Of a DNA stretch of 64,000 nt, positions 13,957-26,264 are shown in pieces (within the stretch, counting starts at the first letter, position 1; each line of letters begins with the position of its first letter). The position numbers and the translations under genes are program-made. Where the stretch lies: positions 4,092,001-4,156,000 of the forward strand of contig NC_043021.1 of NCBI RefSeq assembly GCF_006345805.1, written 5' to 3'. A model generated the notes under the pieces. The model ran no database searches and was not told the DNA's origin. It saw only the letters and a program-made list of their open reading frames with translations. This stretch comes from Octopus sinensis. Lineage: Eukaryota.

Positions 13957-14531
13957 ATAATAATGATAATAATTATAACAAAGCTTCCTTATTTTCTCAA
14001 ACCTGGAAGAATGAAAACTGCATCCAGAGAGATTCCAATTCAAAGGAGTAAAATATGAACTAGAACAGGCAAACTGAATCAGGGTTAACAAGATCTATCA
14101 AACAAGATTAAATGTAACCCCATTAAATAAAAATCATACAGATAAATCCATCATCACCTCATCTTCCACTCCCTGCCTCAATGAAAAATTTGCACAAAGC
14201 TTAAATGCAATTCAATTATATGACCCCAAATCCCCTCCACTATCTTGTATCGTAATGGCCAGTTAATGGCATCTGGAAGAAAAAAAAAATTCATCAAGAA
14301 AAAAAAAAGAACTTTTACCTTTAGTGTTTCAATTGTGTCGTTATGTTGATGCTCTATCACATTTTTAGCCTGTAAAGGAAACCAAATGGAAGATATAAAT
14401 ATTTAAGTGGAATACCAATTAATCAATCAAAAATAATGAAAAACGGCCTCGCTTTTTTTTTTTCATCTTTATTCTTTTTCAATAAAAATAATCCTCGCGA
14501 GAGCATTTGTGATAGCGTGAAAGCAAACGTT

Positions 14532-14861
14532 TTCCAGGTAGGGATACAAAGGTTGGAAAAGGGAGTAATTTATAGTCTGCAGGGTTTTTTTTTTTTTATA
14601 TATTTTAAGAAGCAAATTTATTGGTGGTTAATGTTTTTTTTTAGGGCCTATCAACCTGAGGTTGCATATTATTCCATTAGTGATAAAATGTGTCTAAATA
14701 ACAAATTTCCAATGGCAGTGTAAAGCAGGTAACATAGGGAGTGACAGACAATCTGCTGTAGACATCAGGAATATTGTAAAGGCTAAGATGGGCATAGAGG
14801 GAGAGGAAGAGGGATTATTATAAATGAAAAGGCCTTTGGAATCTGTAGTCTTGTAAGCACA

Positions 14862-14897
<36 letters not shown>

Positions 14898-15250
14898 AGG
14901 ATGCTGAAAAGTTCCAGGTAGGGATACAAAGGTTGGAAAAGGGACTAATTTATAGTCTGCGGGTTTTTTTAATTTTTTATATTTTAAGAAGCAAATTTAT
15001 TGGTGGTTAATGTCTTTTTTTAGGGCCTATCAACCTAAGGTTGCATATTATTCCATTAGTGATAAAATGTGTCTAAATAACAAATTTCCAATGGCAGTGT
15101 AAAGTGGGTAAAATAGGGAGTGAAAGACAATCTGCTGTAGACATCAGGAATATTGTAAAGGCTAAGATGGGCATAGAGGGAGAGGAAGAGGAAGAGGGAT
15201 GATTATAAGTGAAAAGGCCATTGAAATCTGTAGTCTTGTAAGCACACACA

Positions 15251-15293
<43 letters not shown>

Positions 15294-15304
15294 ATGCTGA
15301 AAAG
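14532..15304 (+). repeat. Direct tandem duplication (380 + 393 bp)
   Basis: TTCCAGG at 14532, 14912 and 15305 bounds two near-identical copies. Confidence 0.9.
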
Positions 15305-15506
15305 TTCCAGGCTTTAAGGGTATTGCGAAGGGCTTGGTTGGAGGCCCAACATTCTCAGTTCTTTTACAGGGCTTGGAAAAATTGAAGGACTGCTGCAACG
15401 AGTCTGTGAATCTGAGAGGGGAATATGTTGGATAAAATCATAATTAACTGATCATCATATATTTTTTTTTATACCCAAACCCAGGAACTTTTCAGCATCC
15501 CCTCAT
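15290..15506 (+). mobile_element. mariner-derived MITE retaining the transposase C-terminus (QGLEKLKDCCNESVNLRGEYVG*)
   Basis: 17-bp perfect TIR GGATGCTGAAAAGTTCC (15292-15308 / 15484-15500); peptide matches the mariner C-terminal GIEKL..RW.KCV...G.YV motif. Confidence 0.8.
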
Positions 15507-18446
15507 GTGTATGAGTGTGTATCACCGTGACCGACCAGGCTATCAGATGTTGCTATACATCACTGGTCACAATGCACTTTGCATTGTTTTAGCTTTCAAA
15601 TGACGCCACCCCACTGGCTAAGCATGCAGGCCAACAGAAGAAATATATATATATATATATATGTTTGCAGAAGAATGGCATCTTGTCCAGACAAGGAGAT
15701 ATCTCACAGAGATTTTGTAACCAAGTACAAGGTTTCAAGTGGTGAAACATCTACATAAAATAGACCAATATGTTAAAAATGTCAACAAACTAGAAAAAAA
15801 AATCTGAGGAATAGAAAAATTTCAGTAACTTTCAAACAATTGCAATAGAATCGTGTCAGTAGGCAACATATTTTGAAAATTCAAGAAATAAATGAAAAAT
15901 GAATTTCACCCTTTAACCATGAAATTGAATTTCATGGTTATTCCAGAAATATTGTTAAATGTCTACCAAAAATTGGAATTGGCATTTTCTTACAAGTCGT
16001 ATTGCTTCAATAAACTTGGCATATCTCAACGAAAAATAGCTTCAGTCATGGCATTCCACAGCGAAAGATAGATTGGTACGTTAAACTGATTTCTGCAGTT
16101 AAGAGTAATGAGGTTTTGAGTGGCCATATCTGATTTCCGCAATAAAAGGGTTAAGAGATTTTGTTTATTCTTAAACGGTTAAAAATGCGCTTCTGCAATG
16201 TAATTTAAAGATGGACAATTATGAAAGCTTTCAAACTCAAGTTGCTTCTGCATCATAAATCAACTTTTCAACATTGACAATCATATCTCTATACACTCCA
16301 TCATGCTCTGTTATTTTAACATTAAAATTCAAAGGATGTTTGATCACTAAACAGAAATGATGTAATTTTAATTATTAATAATTTAATTTTTGATATCACA
16401 TCTGATTACTATCTTAACTGTTCTTGTAACCTAGCAGTTTGAAAGTAGAGAATGACAAACCAAGTATCAGTTTGGAATGAATATCAAGATCGACAATCCT
16501 TGATAGTGTTGTCCTACCAGAGCCACAATCTAATGACTAAAACCAGTAACAGAATAACTCTCAAGGCTTTGGTCAGCCTTGGGCTATAGTAGAAGACACT
16601 TGCTCAAGGTGCCAAGCAGTGGGACTGAGTCTGAAGCCATGTTACGAAGTAAACTTTTTAAGCACACAGTCCATAGCCATACTTGCACATACAATGTGTG
16701 TGTGTGTGTGTGTGAGGGAGATAGAATGAGTGAATGTATTTTTCTGTGTTAATGTTTACATTGGCTTTTTCAAAAAACGTTCTGTTGTTAATGTCTCATA
16801 ATTAGCACTTTAAAAACATTAAGAGAATAAGAAGGCAACGAGCTGGCAGAAACGTTAGCACGCCGGGCGAAGTTCTTAGCGGTATTTCATCTGCCATTAC
16901 GTTCTGAGTTCAAATTCCGCCGAGGTCGACTTTGCCTTTTATTCTTTCGGGGTCAATAAATTAAGTACCAGTTATGCACTGGTGTGTGTATGTATCTTCT
17001 GGTCTTGATACAGCATGACAGTTGTAAATGGTTATCACTGTCATAGAAGCAGTGTCAGTCATTTCCAATATTCTGCGAAAACATTTCTGACCATGACGAA
17101 ATATCACCTTGCTTGGAAACAGGTGAGAGTGAGTGACAGGAAGGGCATCTGGCCATAGAAAATCGACTTAATTGACTTAATCTGTTTGCCCTTGTTTGTC
17201 CACTCTATGTTTAGCCCCTTGTGGGCAATAAAGAAATAAGAATAAGAAGGCAAATGAAATAAGTAATGGGGTTATTACAAGCATAACAAATCCTTTGAAA
17301 CCCCATGCCCCAGCATGGCGACAATCCAATGACTAAATCCAGTAGCCCCCCCCCTGCCACCAAAAACAAAACCCCCCGAGGTGTTAGCATGGTGAAAATG
17401 ATGTTAGTGATGGTGGTGGTGGTTGGGGGAGTGAGAGAAGACTTCCAAGATTATTTTGACCAATAGAATCAAAGCTTGAAATTTATCAGTTGTATCGAGT
17501 GCAAACCACCCGATAGTATGAGATGGTAATCTATTTTAACACTTTCACTGCCAGTCACTTAGAGTAATTGTCTGACTGGTATTAAGAGAGTGAATCGGTA
17601 GAATCTTTTTTTTTTTTTTATAAAATCAAAGGAAACTTCATGAGGATAAGTAATATTACTACAGCTTTTACAACCAGTATATATAGATTGTTATCACACA
17701 TGAAAATGATATTGGATGATATTGGGTGCAACATAAAGCATGTTAGCATTTTGTGATTTAAAGTTGTTGGGGTTTTATTTTTGGCTGTCTATTATTTTTA
17801 TTTACAACTTAACCTTTTTGTTACCATGTTTCTATTGAAATATAATACCTTTTTTTTTTCAATTAATTTTGAAAATGATCTTTATCCTTATTCTTTCATC
17901 TTCTACTTGTTAGTTATTTGACTGCGACCATGCTGGAGCACTTCTCTAAAGGGATTTAGTTGAAATGAGTCAACCCTGGTACTTACTTTTAATTTTAATA
18001 TTCATTTCAAATTTTGGCATAAGGCCTGCAAGTTTGCTGGAGGGGTAAGTCAACTGCATCAACCCCAGTACTCAGCTGGTACTTATTTTATTGACCCCAA
18101 AAGGATGAAAAGCAAAGTCAACCCCAGTGGCATTTGAACTCAGAATGTGAAGCTGGAAGAAATGCCACTGGTTTTCTGGTGTGGTAACCATTCTGCCAGC
18201 TCGTCGCCTTATTGCCCACTCTATTATTCCTCAGTTGAGTTCCAGACCACCTTTGCAATTTCGGCTGGTTATACTCGAGATTGCTCCTATCTGGCCAGCC
18301 CCAAGGAAAAAACTAAGCTAAGAGCATTAGACTCCATGGAAGAAAGCAGCAAATGTACAAAAAAAAAAGGACGGTAACCCCCCCCCCCCCCGGAAAATGT
18401 TATACAAATACAAATAACAGGACATAGCAATGGATGTCTTTCGACT

Positions 18447-18496
<50 letters not shown>

Positions 18497-18689
18497 GCAT
18501 ACACACACATATATAAATATAACATATATACATACACATACATATATACATACACATACATATATATATATACACATACATATATACATACACATACATA
18601 TATATATACACATACATATATACATACACAAACATATAGATACACATACATATATATATATATATACACATACACACACACACACATTC

Positions 18690-18723
<34 letters not shown>

Positions 18724-18739
18724 ACCAATATGAACTAAA

Positions 18740-20170
18740 AATGGCAGAGATCATGAACAGAGCAAATGGAGATGCATCAAAATCTAAAGTGAAAACCTTT
18801 GTAATGAGAATATCTAAATATGAGTTTATCGAACAAACACATCGGTGGCAGTTTCAGTGTAGACAGGCTACAGGATAAAAATGGGTGCTTAGTGACCAAC
18901 GCTGGTTCATGTCAACATTTGTTCAGCTTTAAGCGAGGGCATAAGGAGATATGTGCGCATTAGAAATTTATGCACACGGTAAATCCAAAGTCAACACGAA
19001 ATCTGCAGTGAAGCTATCCACAGCTCAATATAAACACATTTGTTTGACAGCTGGAGAGCAGTTATATGATTGCAGAATAAGTTTTTTTAAACTCTGTAGA
19101 AAATAAATCCATTGGACTGAGTTAGCCATTAAGTAATGCAAACAAATTAGAAGCTACAACTGTTAGTAGTTTCCATGTAAGGCAACTATAAACAGCAACA
19201 GTGGAACAAGTTTCTAGTTGGTTCTGTTAAAGAATATCTAGGGGCTAAACATAGAGGGGACAAACAAGGACAGACAAACGGATCAAGTCGATTACATCGA
19301 CCCCAGTGCGTAACTGGTACTTAATTTATCGACCCCGAAAGGATGAAAGGCAAAGTCGACCTCAGCGGAATTTGAACTCAGAACGTAACAGCAGACGAAA
19401 TACCTATTTCTTTACTACCCACAAGAGGCTAAACATAGAGGGGACAAACAAGGACAGACAAATGGATCAAGTCGATTACATCGACCCCAGTGCATAACTG
19501 GTACTTAATTTATCGACTCCGAAAGGACGAAAGGCAAAGTCGACCTCGGCGGTATTTGAACTCAGAATGTAACAGCAGATGAAATACGGCTACGCATTTC
19601 GCCCGGCGTGCTAACGGTTCTGCCAGCTCGCCGCCTTGTTCTGTTAAAGAATATCAAGATCATGCAGGTAACCAATTTGTACAGTTAAGATTAATAACAC
19701 TTACATCTTGAACACAAGATATATTGAGCCTGCTTGGTTACTATGTAGTATGTATGCTCTGCTGTGCAGCTAACAGTACCATGCTGGGTGCGGTTTTTAA
19801 AATTTTATTTAAGATCTACTGATGATTGATGGGTAAAAATGGACACAGATGTATTATAGTATTTAAGTATTAAGGGCATGTGGGTATTTTGAAAATACCT
19901 CATGGAGTGACAACTGTGCCCGCATAGTTATGAGCAGCCATGGCAAGGCATAGCACATGTTCAGCCACTCTACCATGGATACGGTGAAGTCATGGCACTG
20001 AAGCATGGTAGATTGTGAAGAGGTAGCAGAAGAGCTCAACTGAACCACTGGTGCTTTTTACATTGATGCTGAGCGGGAGAATCCAAGAAGATCATTGGTC
20101 AAGATCAAGCTCTATCAAGAGAGTAACTGCAACACATCTATAGGGGAGGCGTCCATGGTTGTGTAGAAAG
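18740..20170 (+). mobile_element. Possible heavily degraded DNA-transposon (Sola-like) transposase, interrupted by the SINE dimer
   Basis: Fragments WSDNCAR (~19903) and YHGYGE (~19970) resemble SD.C..Q and HGKG motifs; many stops. Weak. Confidence 0.3.
19239..19637 (-). mobile_element. SINE family B dimer (head + 2 units)
   Basis: 18-bp TSD GTTCTGTTAAAGAATATC (19221-19238 / 19638-19655); internal junction GAAATACCTATTTC at 19397-19410. Confidence 0.9.
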
Positions 20171-20535
20171 TCTTTGATTACAACTCAACTTTATCATGGC
20201 TGGCTTGGGCTATGTATATGTATATATATCACCGTGATCGACCAGGCTATCAGATGTTGTTACACATCGCTGGTCACAATGCGCTTCACATTGTTTTAGC
20301 CTTCAAATGACGCCACCCCGCTGGCTAAGCGAGCAGGCCAACAGAAGAAAGAGAGAGAGAAAGTTGTAGCGAATGAGTACAGTAGGGATCGCCACCATCC
20401 CCTGCCGGAGCCGCATGGAGCTTTAGGTGTTTTCGCTCAATAAACACTCACAACGCCCGGTCTGGGAATCGAAACCGTGATCCTACTACTGCGAGTCCAC
20501 TGCCCTAACCACTGGGCCATTGCGCCTCCACATAT

Positions 20536-20757
20536 GTGTATATATATATATTGACCGCGTGTGTACTGTTGACGATTTTTTTCCTCCGTCTTCCCTTCCT
20601 TGGATCTTTCCTTTTCCTATGTTTCTGATGAAGAGCTCCACTCGAAACGTTAAATACTCCTTCTTTCTTTCCTTTCCTGAGCGTCCAATAACACTATACT
20701 TGTTCCACGTCTTCGTGTTGTTGTGTTTTCTCTTTGAGTTTTCATGTTTGGATTAAC

Positions 20758-20760
<3 letters not shown>
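20536..20760 (+). mobile_element. Penelope-like terminal repeat, family 1
   Basis: Bounded by (TA)n, contains a hammerhead motif; sister copies at 33482-33640 (-) and 46103-46290 (-). Confidence 0.75.
20620..20656 (+). ncRNA. Minimal type-I hammerhead ribozyme motif
   Basis: TGTTT-CTGATGA-A-GAG CTCCA CTC-GAAA-C GT-T-AAATA: stem I 5 bp, intact core, 3-bp stem II, palindromic ACGT stem III. Confidence 0.75.
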
Positions 20761-20792
<32 letters not shown>

Positions 20793-21425
20793 GACAGGAT
20801 TCTTTCAGTTTCCATCTACCAAATCCACTTATAATGTTTTGGTTGGCCTGGGGCTATAGTAGAAGACACTTGCCCAAGGTGCCATGCAGTGGGATTGAAC
20901 CCGGAACCATGTGGTTGGGAATTATTACACGGCTATGTCTGTGCTGATAGCAACAAAAACAACAACAACAAAATTAAGGGAAAGAAATTAATTAGAAGCA
21001 AAGAGAGGAAGGTAATTTATTCTAATTAGCGTGAGAAGTGGGTCTTCTTCCGTCTCCAGCGCAACAGGTTTCCAGATGGACCTAATATCCTGAGATGCTA
21101 TGATGTAAAACAAACAGGAAATTAATTCCGGACACCTAAGGCGATTGAGGGATGGGATAGGAGGGTGTTTCTATGTGGACAGACAAAATGCTAGAAATAA
21201 CAGCAAAATTTCCCTTGAATCACACACCCTACTTTCTTACAAGGATCCACTGGATAATGTAGCCATGGATGTGCTATGACTAGTGATGAGGAATTGATGG
21301 AGGGGTGGGGGCAGTACTATCATTGATTGAATGCATTTGATCACAGCCTCATCTGCTAGGGCAGGCTTGGGAGTTGAACAACAACAACAACTATTATTAT
21401 TATATTATTATTATTATTATTATTA

Positions 21426-22005
21426 TCTTTTTCTTCTTCTTTTTTCAAATTTGCTTCCATTTCTTGCCGAGTGTCTTCCCGACTCCTAGGGCAAAGAAAC
21501 TCATAGTATACATTGGTAGGCCATTAACTAAACTCACTAGTTCGTTCATTTTTTTTTTTTTTAAATTAAATTAAAATACATGGGTAGTAATAGTTCTCAC
21601 ATCGACAATGCTCTTCTCAATACGTGTGATGTACCAGTTAAGACAATCTTGGCTATGGCAATGATGGCCGTCTCCCCGCGAGCCACTCAAAGCTCAAAAA
21701 TGATAACATTATCGTGGCACCAAAATGTTTTTGGAAACTAAAAGGAAAACTAAATCAGTATATCAAATTGCTTGTCCTATGGTTAATCTGGAAGCGCGTC
21801 CCCCAGGGAAGAGCCAGCCTGGGATTGAAAAGTCATCAACTGGCACAAACTCTTCTCCGAATACGGACATGGATGGTCACTTGAACGGGAAATTCACCAA
21901 CTTGAGCCCTCCAAGTTCACCACCACAACCACCACAGAAAGAAAAATGTAAGTGGAACAAATGGACCCGAGAAGAGTATAAAGAAGTAATATACGCTTAT
22001 TATTA
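21426..22005. mobile_element. R4/Dong-clade non-LTR element remnant with inverted 5' segment
   Basis: Minus strand 21659-21597 encodes AIAKIVLTGTSHVLRRALSM* followed by a 3' UTR and (TAA)n; plus strand 21725-22005 encodes an N-terminus ending KWNKWTREEYKEVIYAYY. Both motifs are typical of R4/Dong ORFs. Confidence 0.7.
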
Positions 22006-22415
22006 TTATTATTATTATATTATTATTATTTAAGGCAGGGAGCTGGCAAAACTTACCATTCCAGGCAAAATGATTAGCAGTATTTTGTCAATCTTTACAT
22101 TCTCCATTCATATTCCGCCGATGCTGACTTTGCTTTTTATCCCTTTATCCTTTTTGTCGATAAAGATATGAGATTTGAACTCAGAAAAAAGGGAGAACAA
22201 ATACTGGGAAAGTATTACGGAATCTTTTGATACCCCACATGTCAAAATGGGGTATCAAAAGATTCAGTAATCTTTCAGCTAACAATTAAACTTTATTTTC
22301 ATTTACATAATTTGCATTAACAAAAATTTAACATTATAATCTTTCTATAATTCAACTATTCTCAACAACATTTTATACCAAGACATCACATTTTCTATAT
22401 GAGTGTGTACCTTAA

Positions 22416-22636
22416 CCCTTTTGTTACTGTATTTCTGTTGAGATTCTCTGTGTTTCTTTCAATTACTTTAAATATAACAAAGAATTTACTAAAATAACTT
22501 AGTTATCATTAAGCTAGTGTTAGGAATATAAATTGTGACTAAGGTTTGGTGGAAGATTTTAATTAAAAACTTATGAAAACAAGACATTTGTATTCAAGAG
22601 CCAGAGCCGGTTTCAGGCAGGTTGGTAATGAAAGGG
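22416..22636. mobile_element. piggyBac-type MITE (second family)
   Basis: TTAA|CCCTTT ... AAAGGG|TTAA. Confidence 0.8.
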
Positions 22637-23377
22637 TTAAAAGACAACCATTTCTCGATATGTTATGAGGAAATACAGTCACTCACTTTCTCTCTCACAT
22701 GCACAAGCATGAATACAAACAAAAAAGATGTATGTATTTCTATTTATGTACGTGTATATGAAAGATGTGTGTGAGAGAGAGAGAGAGTGAGTGAGTGCCA
22801 CCTACAAAAAGTACATACATGACAACACACAATTTCACTCACTCTCTCTTTCACACACACATGCATGTCCATTTCACATACGTGTACATATATCTTTCAC
22901 TTTCTGCTCTCACTTCAAAACAAATGTCGCCTTTTCACTTTCACCTATCTTTCAATTTCTGCTCTCTTCAAAGAATAAAGAAATGGAAAAATTTTTATGG
23001 AAATTATCGAACAATAATATGAGCCCATATGATCAAGTTGACAACTTTGCTGCTTCAAATGAAAGAATACCGTAAAATAACTTCTTTTCACACACACACA
23101 CTCTGAAGCTAAAATTTCTGTATGAACTATGCTATTTCTTGCTATGTGCACACACAAAATTATAGCTCAAATCTAATTGAAATCATCTTTTTCTATTCTG
23201 TAATTCATGTTTGCGATGGGTATAAAAAAAAACCTGATCTTCAATATAAATTTAAAAGGAAGTTCTCCCAGAAATTCTGTCCTTTAACCATTGTTTCTAG
23301 CATGTCTGAGGTGACATTTGTGACCTCTGCACCAATTGTTTTTCCTAAATTTCTTCAAATCCCTATGTTTTCAATAC

Positions 23378-24068
23378 AGGAGATTAGGATTTTGCCCCCA
23401 AAACATGTTCTCAATAATTTAATTTTCTCCTTCCCCCATCTCAATTTCTTCATTTTTTTTTCAAATATTTTCCTCAATAGTCCATGGAGAGAAAAACAGA
23501 GTCCGAATCTTTAATAATTTTCTTCTTTCTTTTTTCTTAAAGAAACACTAAAATCTCCTTCCCAAACATCCACCCATCACCTCACCCCTTTCAAAAAGCT
23601 ACAAACTCCCAATGTTTCACTTTTAGCTTTTTGGAAAGCAAGGAAGTTTCTTCAGAAATAATGTCATTTACCTGTTGTTTCTAGCATGTCAGCTTTTCTG
23701 GTGGTACTCTAATATTTTTTACGTCTGTTATTTCAGTACAATTCTACGCATGGGTGAAACATCATACGAAAGTGAAACATTGGGTGTTTTTAGCTTTTTG
23801 AAAGGGAGTAGGTGATGGGTGGGTGAGGTGAGGGAAGGGGTTTCTTTAAGATGAGGTGAGGGAAGAGTGTTTCTTTAAGAAAAAATTAAACTTTAAAGGG
23901 AAATATATTTCCCAGATTCGTAATTTCTGTATTTTTCTACATGGATAAAAAAAAAAAAAAACAATCTGTAAAAAAGTTACAAATTATGAAATTGCGGTGG
24001 AGAAGGGTGGGGGGAAGGGGACTAAAATTTTTTTTAAATGTGATTTTGAGGCAAAATCATATTAATCC
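23378..24068. repeat. Long imperfect inverted repeat (foldback/MITE relic)
   Basis: GATTTTGCC.CAAAA, CCATG.AGA..AA.ACAGA...CGAATCT, CTTAAAGAAACACT and CCCTTTCAAAAAGCTA each have a reverse-complement partner across ~23700. Confidence 0.75.
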
Positions 24069-24301
24069 CCTTTCATATGATGAAATAATACATAGTTTAT
24101 GATCCTTGTTAAGGACAGAAAGTACTTTCATACAAACCCATGCAAATTGTATCCAACCCCTCCTTCACTGTTAAGCAAACAAGTTCCATCACACCGGTAA
24201 TCCAGTTCACTAGATATCAGCTGTGTTGATTCTGCCCGTAAGGAACAAATAATATGATATGGCTGTAGGGCATAACACTCAGGTAATTCCAGGATGCAAT
24301 G

Positions 24302-24344
<43 letters not shown>

Positions 24345-24788
24345 GTGTGTGTATATATCTGTGTTGTGTGTGTGTGTGTATATATATGTGTGTGTGTGTA
24401 TATATATATATGTATAATATATGAGTGTGTGTGTATGTATATATATATATATATGTATAATATATGAGTGTGTGTATGTATATAAATATATATATATATA
24501 TATATGTATAATATATGAGTGTGTGTGTTTGTATATATATATATATGCATAATATATGAGTGTGTGTATATATGTGTATATATATATCTGTATATATATG
24601 TGTGTATGTATGTGTACATACATGTGTATATATCTGTGTGTGTGTGTGTATATATATATACACACACACACATGCACACACATATACATATGTACACATA
24701 CATACACACACACACATATATACACGCACACTCATATATTATGCATATATTTACATATATAATTACATACATACATACATTCAGGTAC

Positions 24789-24828
<40 letters not shown>

Positions 24829-25689
24829 CAACAATATTAAGAGATAAAAAAAAAGGGGGAAAGAAGGGAGAAGGCAACATGGGAGAACTAAAAATAAATG
24901 AAGGGGTATAAAAAAGGAATGAAAACATAAGACTATTAAGTAAAAGCTGGTTAAAGGGAGCCGTGAAATGTGGTTCATGTGATGCTAAATGTAATTATCA
25001 CCTTTGGTAGCCATGGTATCAGAGATAAAGAGATTACGTATCCCCATGGTGATATTAGCCATGGAATAAACAATCCTGCAGGAAAGCTAATGAGAAAGGC
25101 TGTGTGTCACTCAACCTGCTAGAAATAGCAGCAAAATTCTCCCAACCTTGTGTAATGTATACACCATAAGATCTTTTATCTTTCATTTGTTTCAGTCATT
25201 GGACTATGGCCATTGGCCATGCTGGGGCACTGACACGAAAGGTTCTAGTTGAACAAATCGACCCCCAGTACTTGTTTTTTTTTTTTTTAAGTTTGGTACT
25301 TATTCTATCAGTTTCTTTTGCTGAACTGCTAAGTTTTTTTTAGAGATGTAAACAAACCAACACCAGCTGTGAAAGATAGGGAGTGGTGAGAAATACACAC
25401 ACCTGGTGAGCTATCTAACAGCTTTCATTTACAAAATTCACTCACAAAGCATTGGTTGACCCAGGACTATAGTAAAAGACACTTGCCCAAGGTGCCACAC
25501 AGTGGGACAGAACCTGAAACCATGCGGTCACAAAATGACCTTCTTAACCATAGTGTCATGTCTAACATGTTAGCAAAACCTAAAACAAAATAGTGTAGGG
25601 TTCAATGGATAAGGTGGTCGTAGATACATCTGAAGAAGACAGATAAAAACTTGGTTACAACCGGATTGTCTTTGAGCTAGACCTCAGAA

Positions 25690-25775
25690 TTGTCAAAGCA
25701 TGGAATAAACTACCCGAGTCCCATCTTAGCTATCCTAACACTACACCTTTCAAATATTCCATGCTCCCCAAAATT
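25690..25775 (+). mobile_element. CR1/L2-type LINE 3' ORF remnant
   Basis: RIVKAWNKLPESHLSYPNTTPFK resembles the R(V/I)V..WN.LP.......FK terminal motif. Confidence 0.45.
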
Positions 25776-26264
25776 CACCAACTCTAAGCAGCCTTTCCTT
25801 ATTGTGGCCGTTTTACAGCTAACTTTTTCCCCTTCACTCATGAATGACCATGGGCCTGCACTTAGAAAATTCCTCTCTGATGCACAAGTCTGGGCATGGT
25901 TGTTTGTAGAAGACCAACAGTTACCCATATACACCAGCCTCCCCCTCTCCATGCCGCTGATGTTATCTAAGGGAAAGGCAAAGATCAATACAACTTCGCA
26001 TCAATGACGACGCAACTCATTTTTACAGCTGAGTGAACTGGACCAATGTGAAAAAAAAGTGTCTTGGTCAAGAACACAACACACAGCTCAGTTCGGAAAT
26101 TGAACTCATTACCTCATGATTGTGATCCCGATACTCTAACCACTGAGCCACGAACCTTCACTCTGTTAAATGTAATACTTATTTATTCACATTGTTTTGA
26201 ATTAACGATTCATTATCCTGTAGCTTTGAAATTTAGAATCAAATCAAATTCGAAATCGATCAAC

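Noticed and set aside
14178-14272. Kinase subdomain VIa-like peptide AINWPLRYKIVEGI
   Set aside because: Similarity ends after a few residues, a stop follows, and no other kinase exons were seen.
15990-16130. Tc1-like HTH peptide LGISQRKIAS
   Set aside because: Too short and frameshifted to call; no TIRs found.
18230-18350. Hammerhead candidates around CAGCCGAAATTGC...CTGAGGA (and the related 57640-57700 CTGAAGA)
   Set aside because: Core halves cannot be joined by consistent stems I-III in any topology; probably repeat ends of unknown type.
21655-21700. HDV-like ribozyme at the 5' end of the R4/Dong piece (GTCTCCCCGCGAG)
   Set aside because: An L3-like loop is present but P1, P1.1 and P4 could not be assigned.
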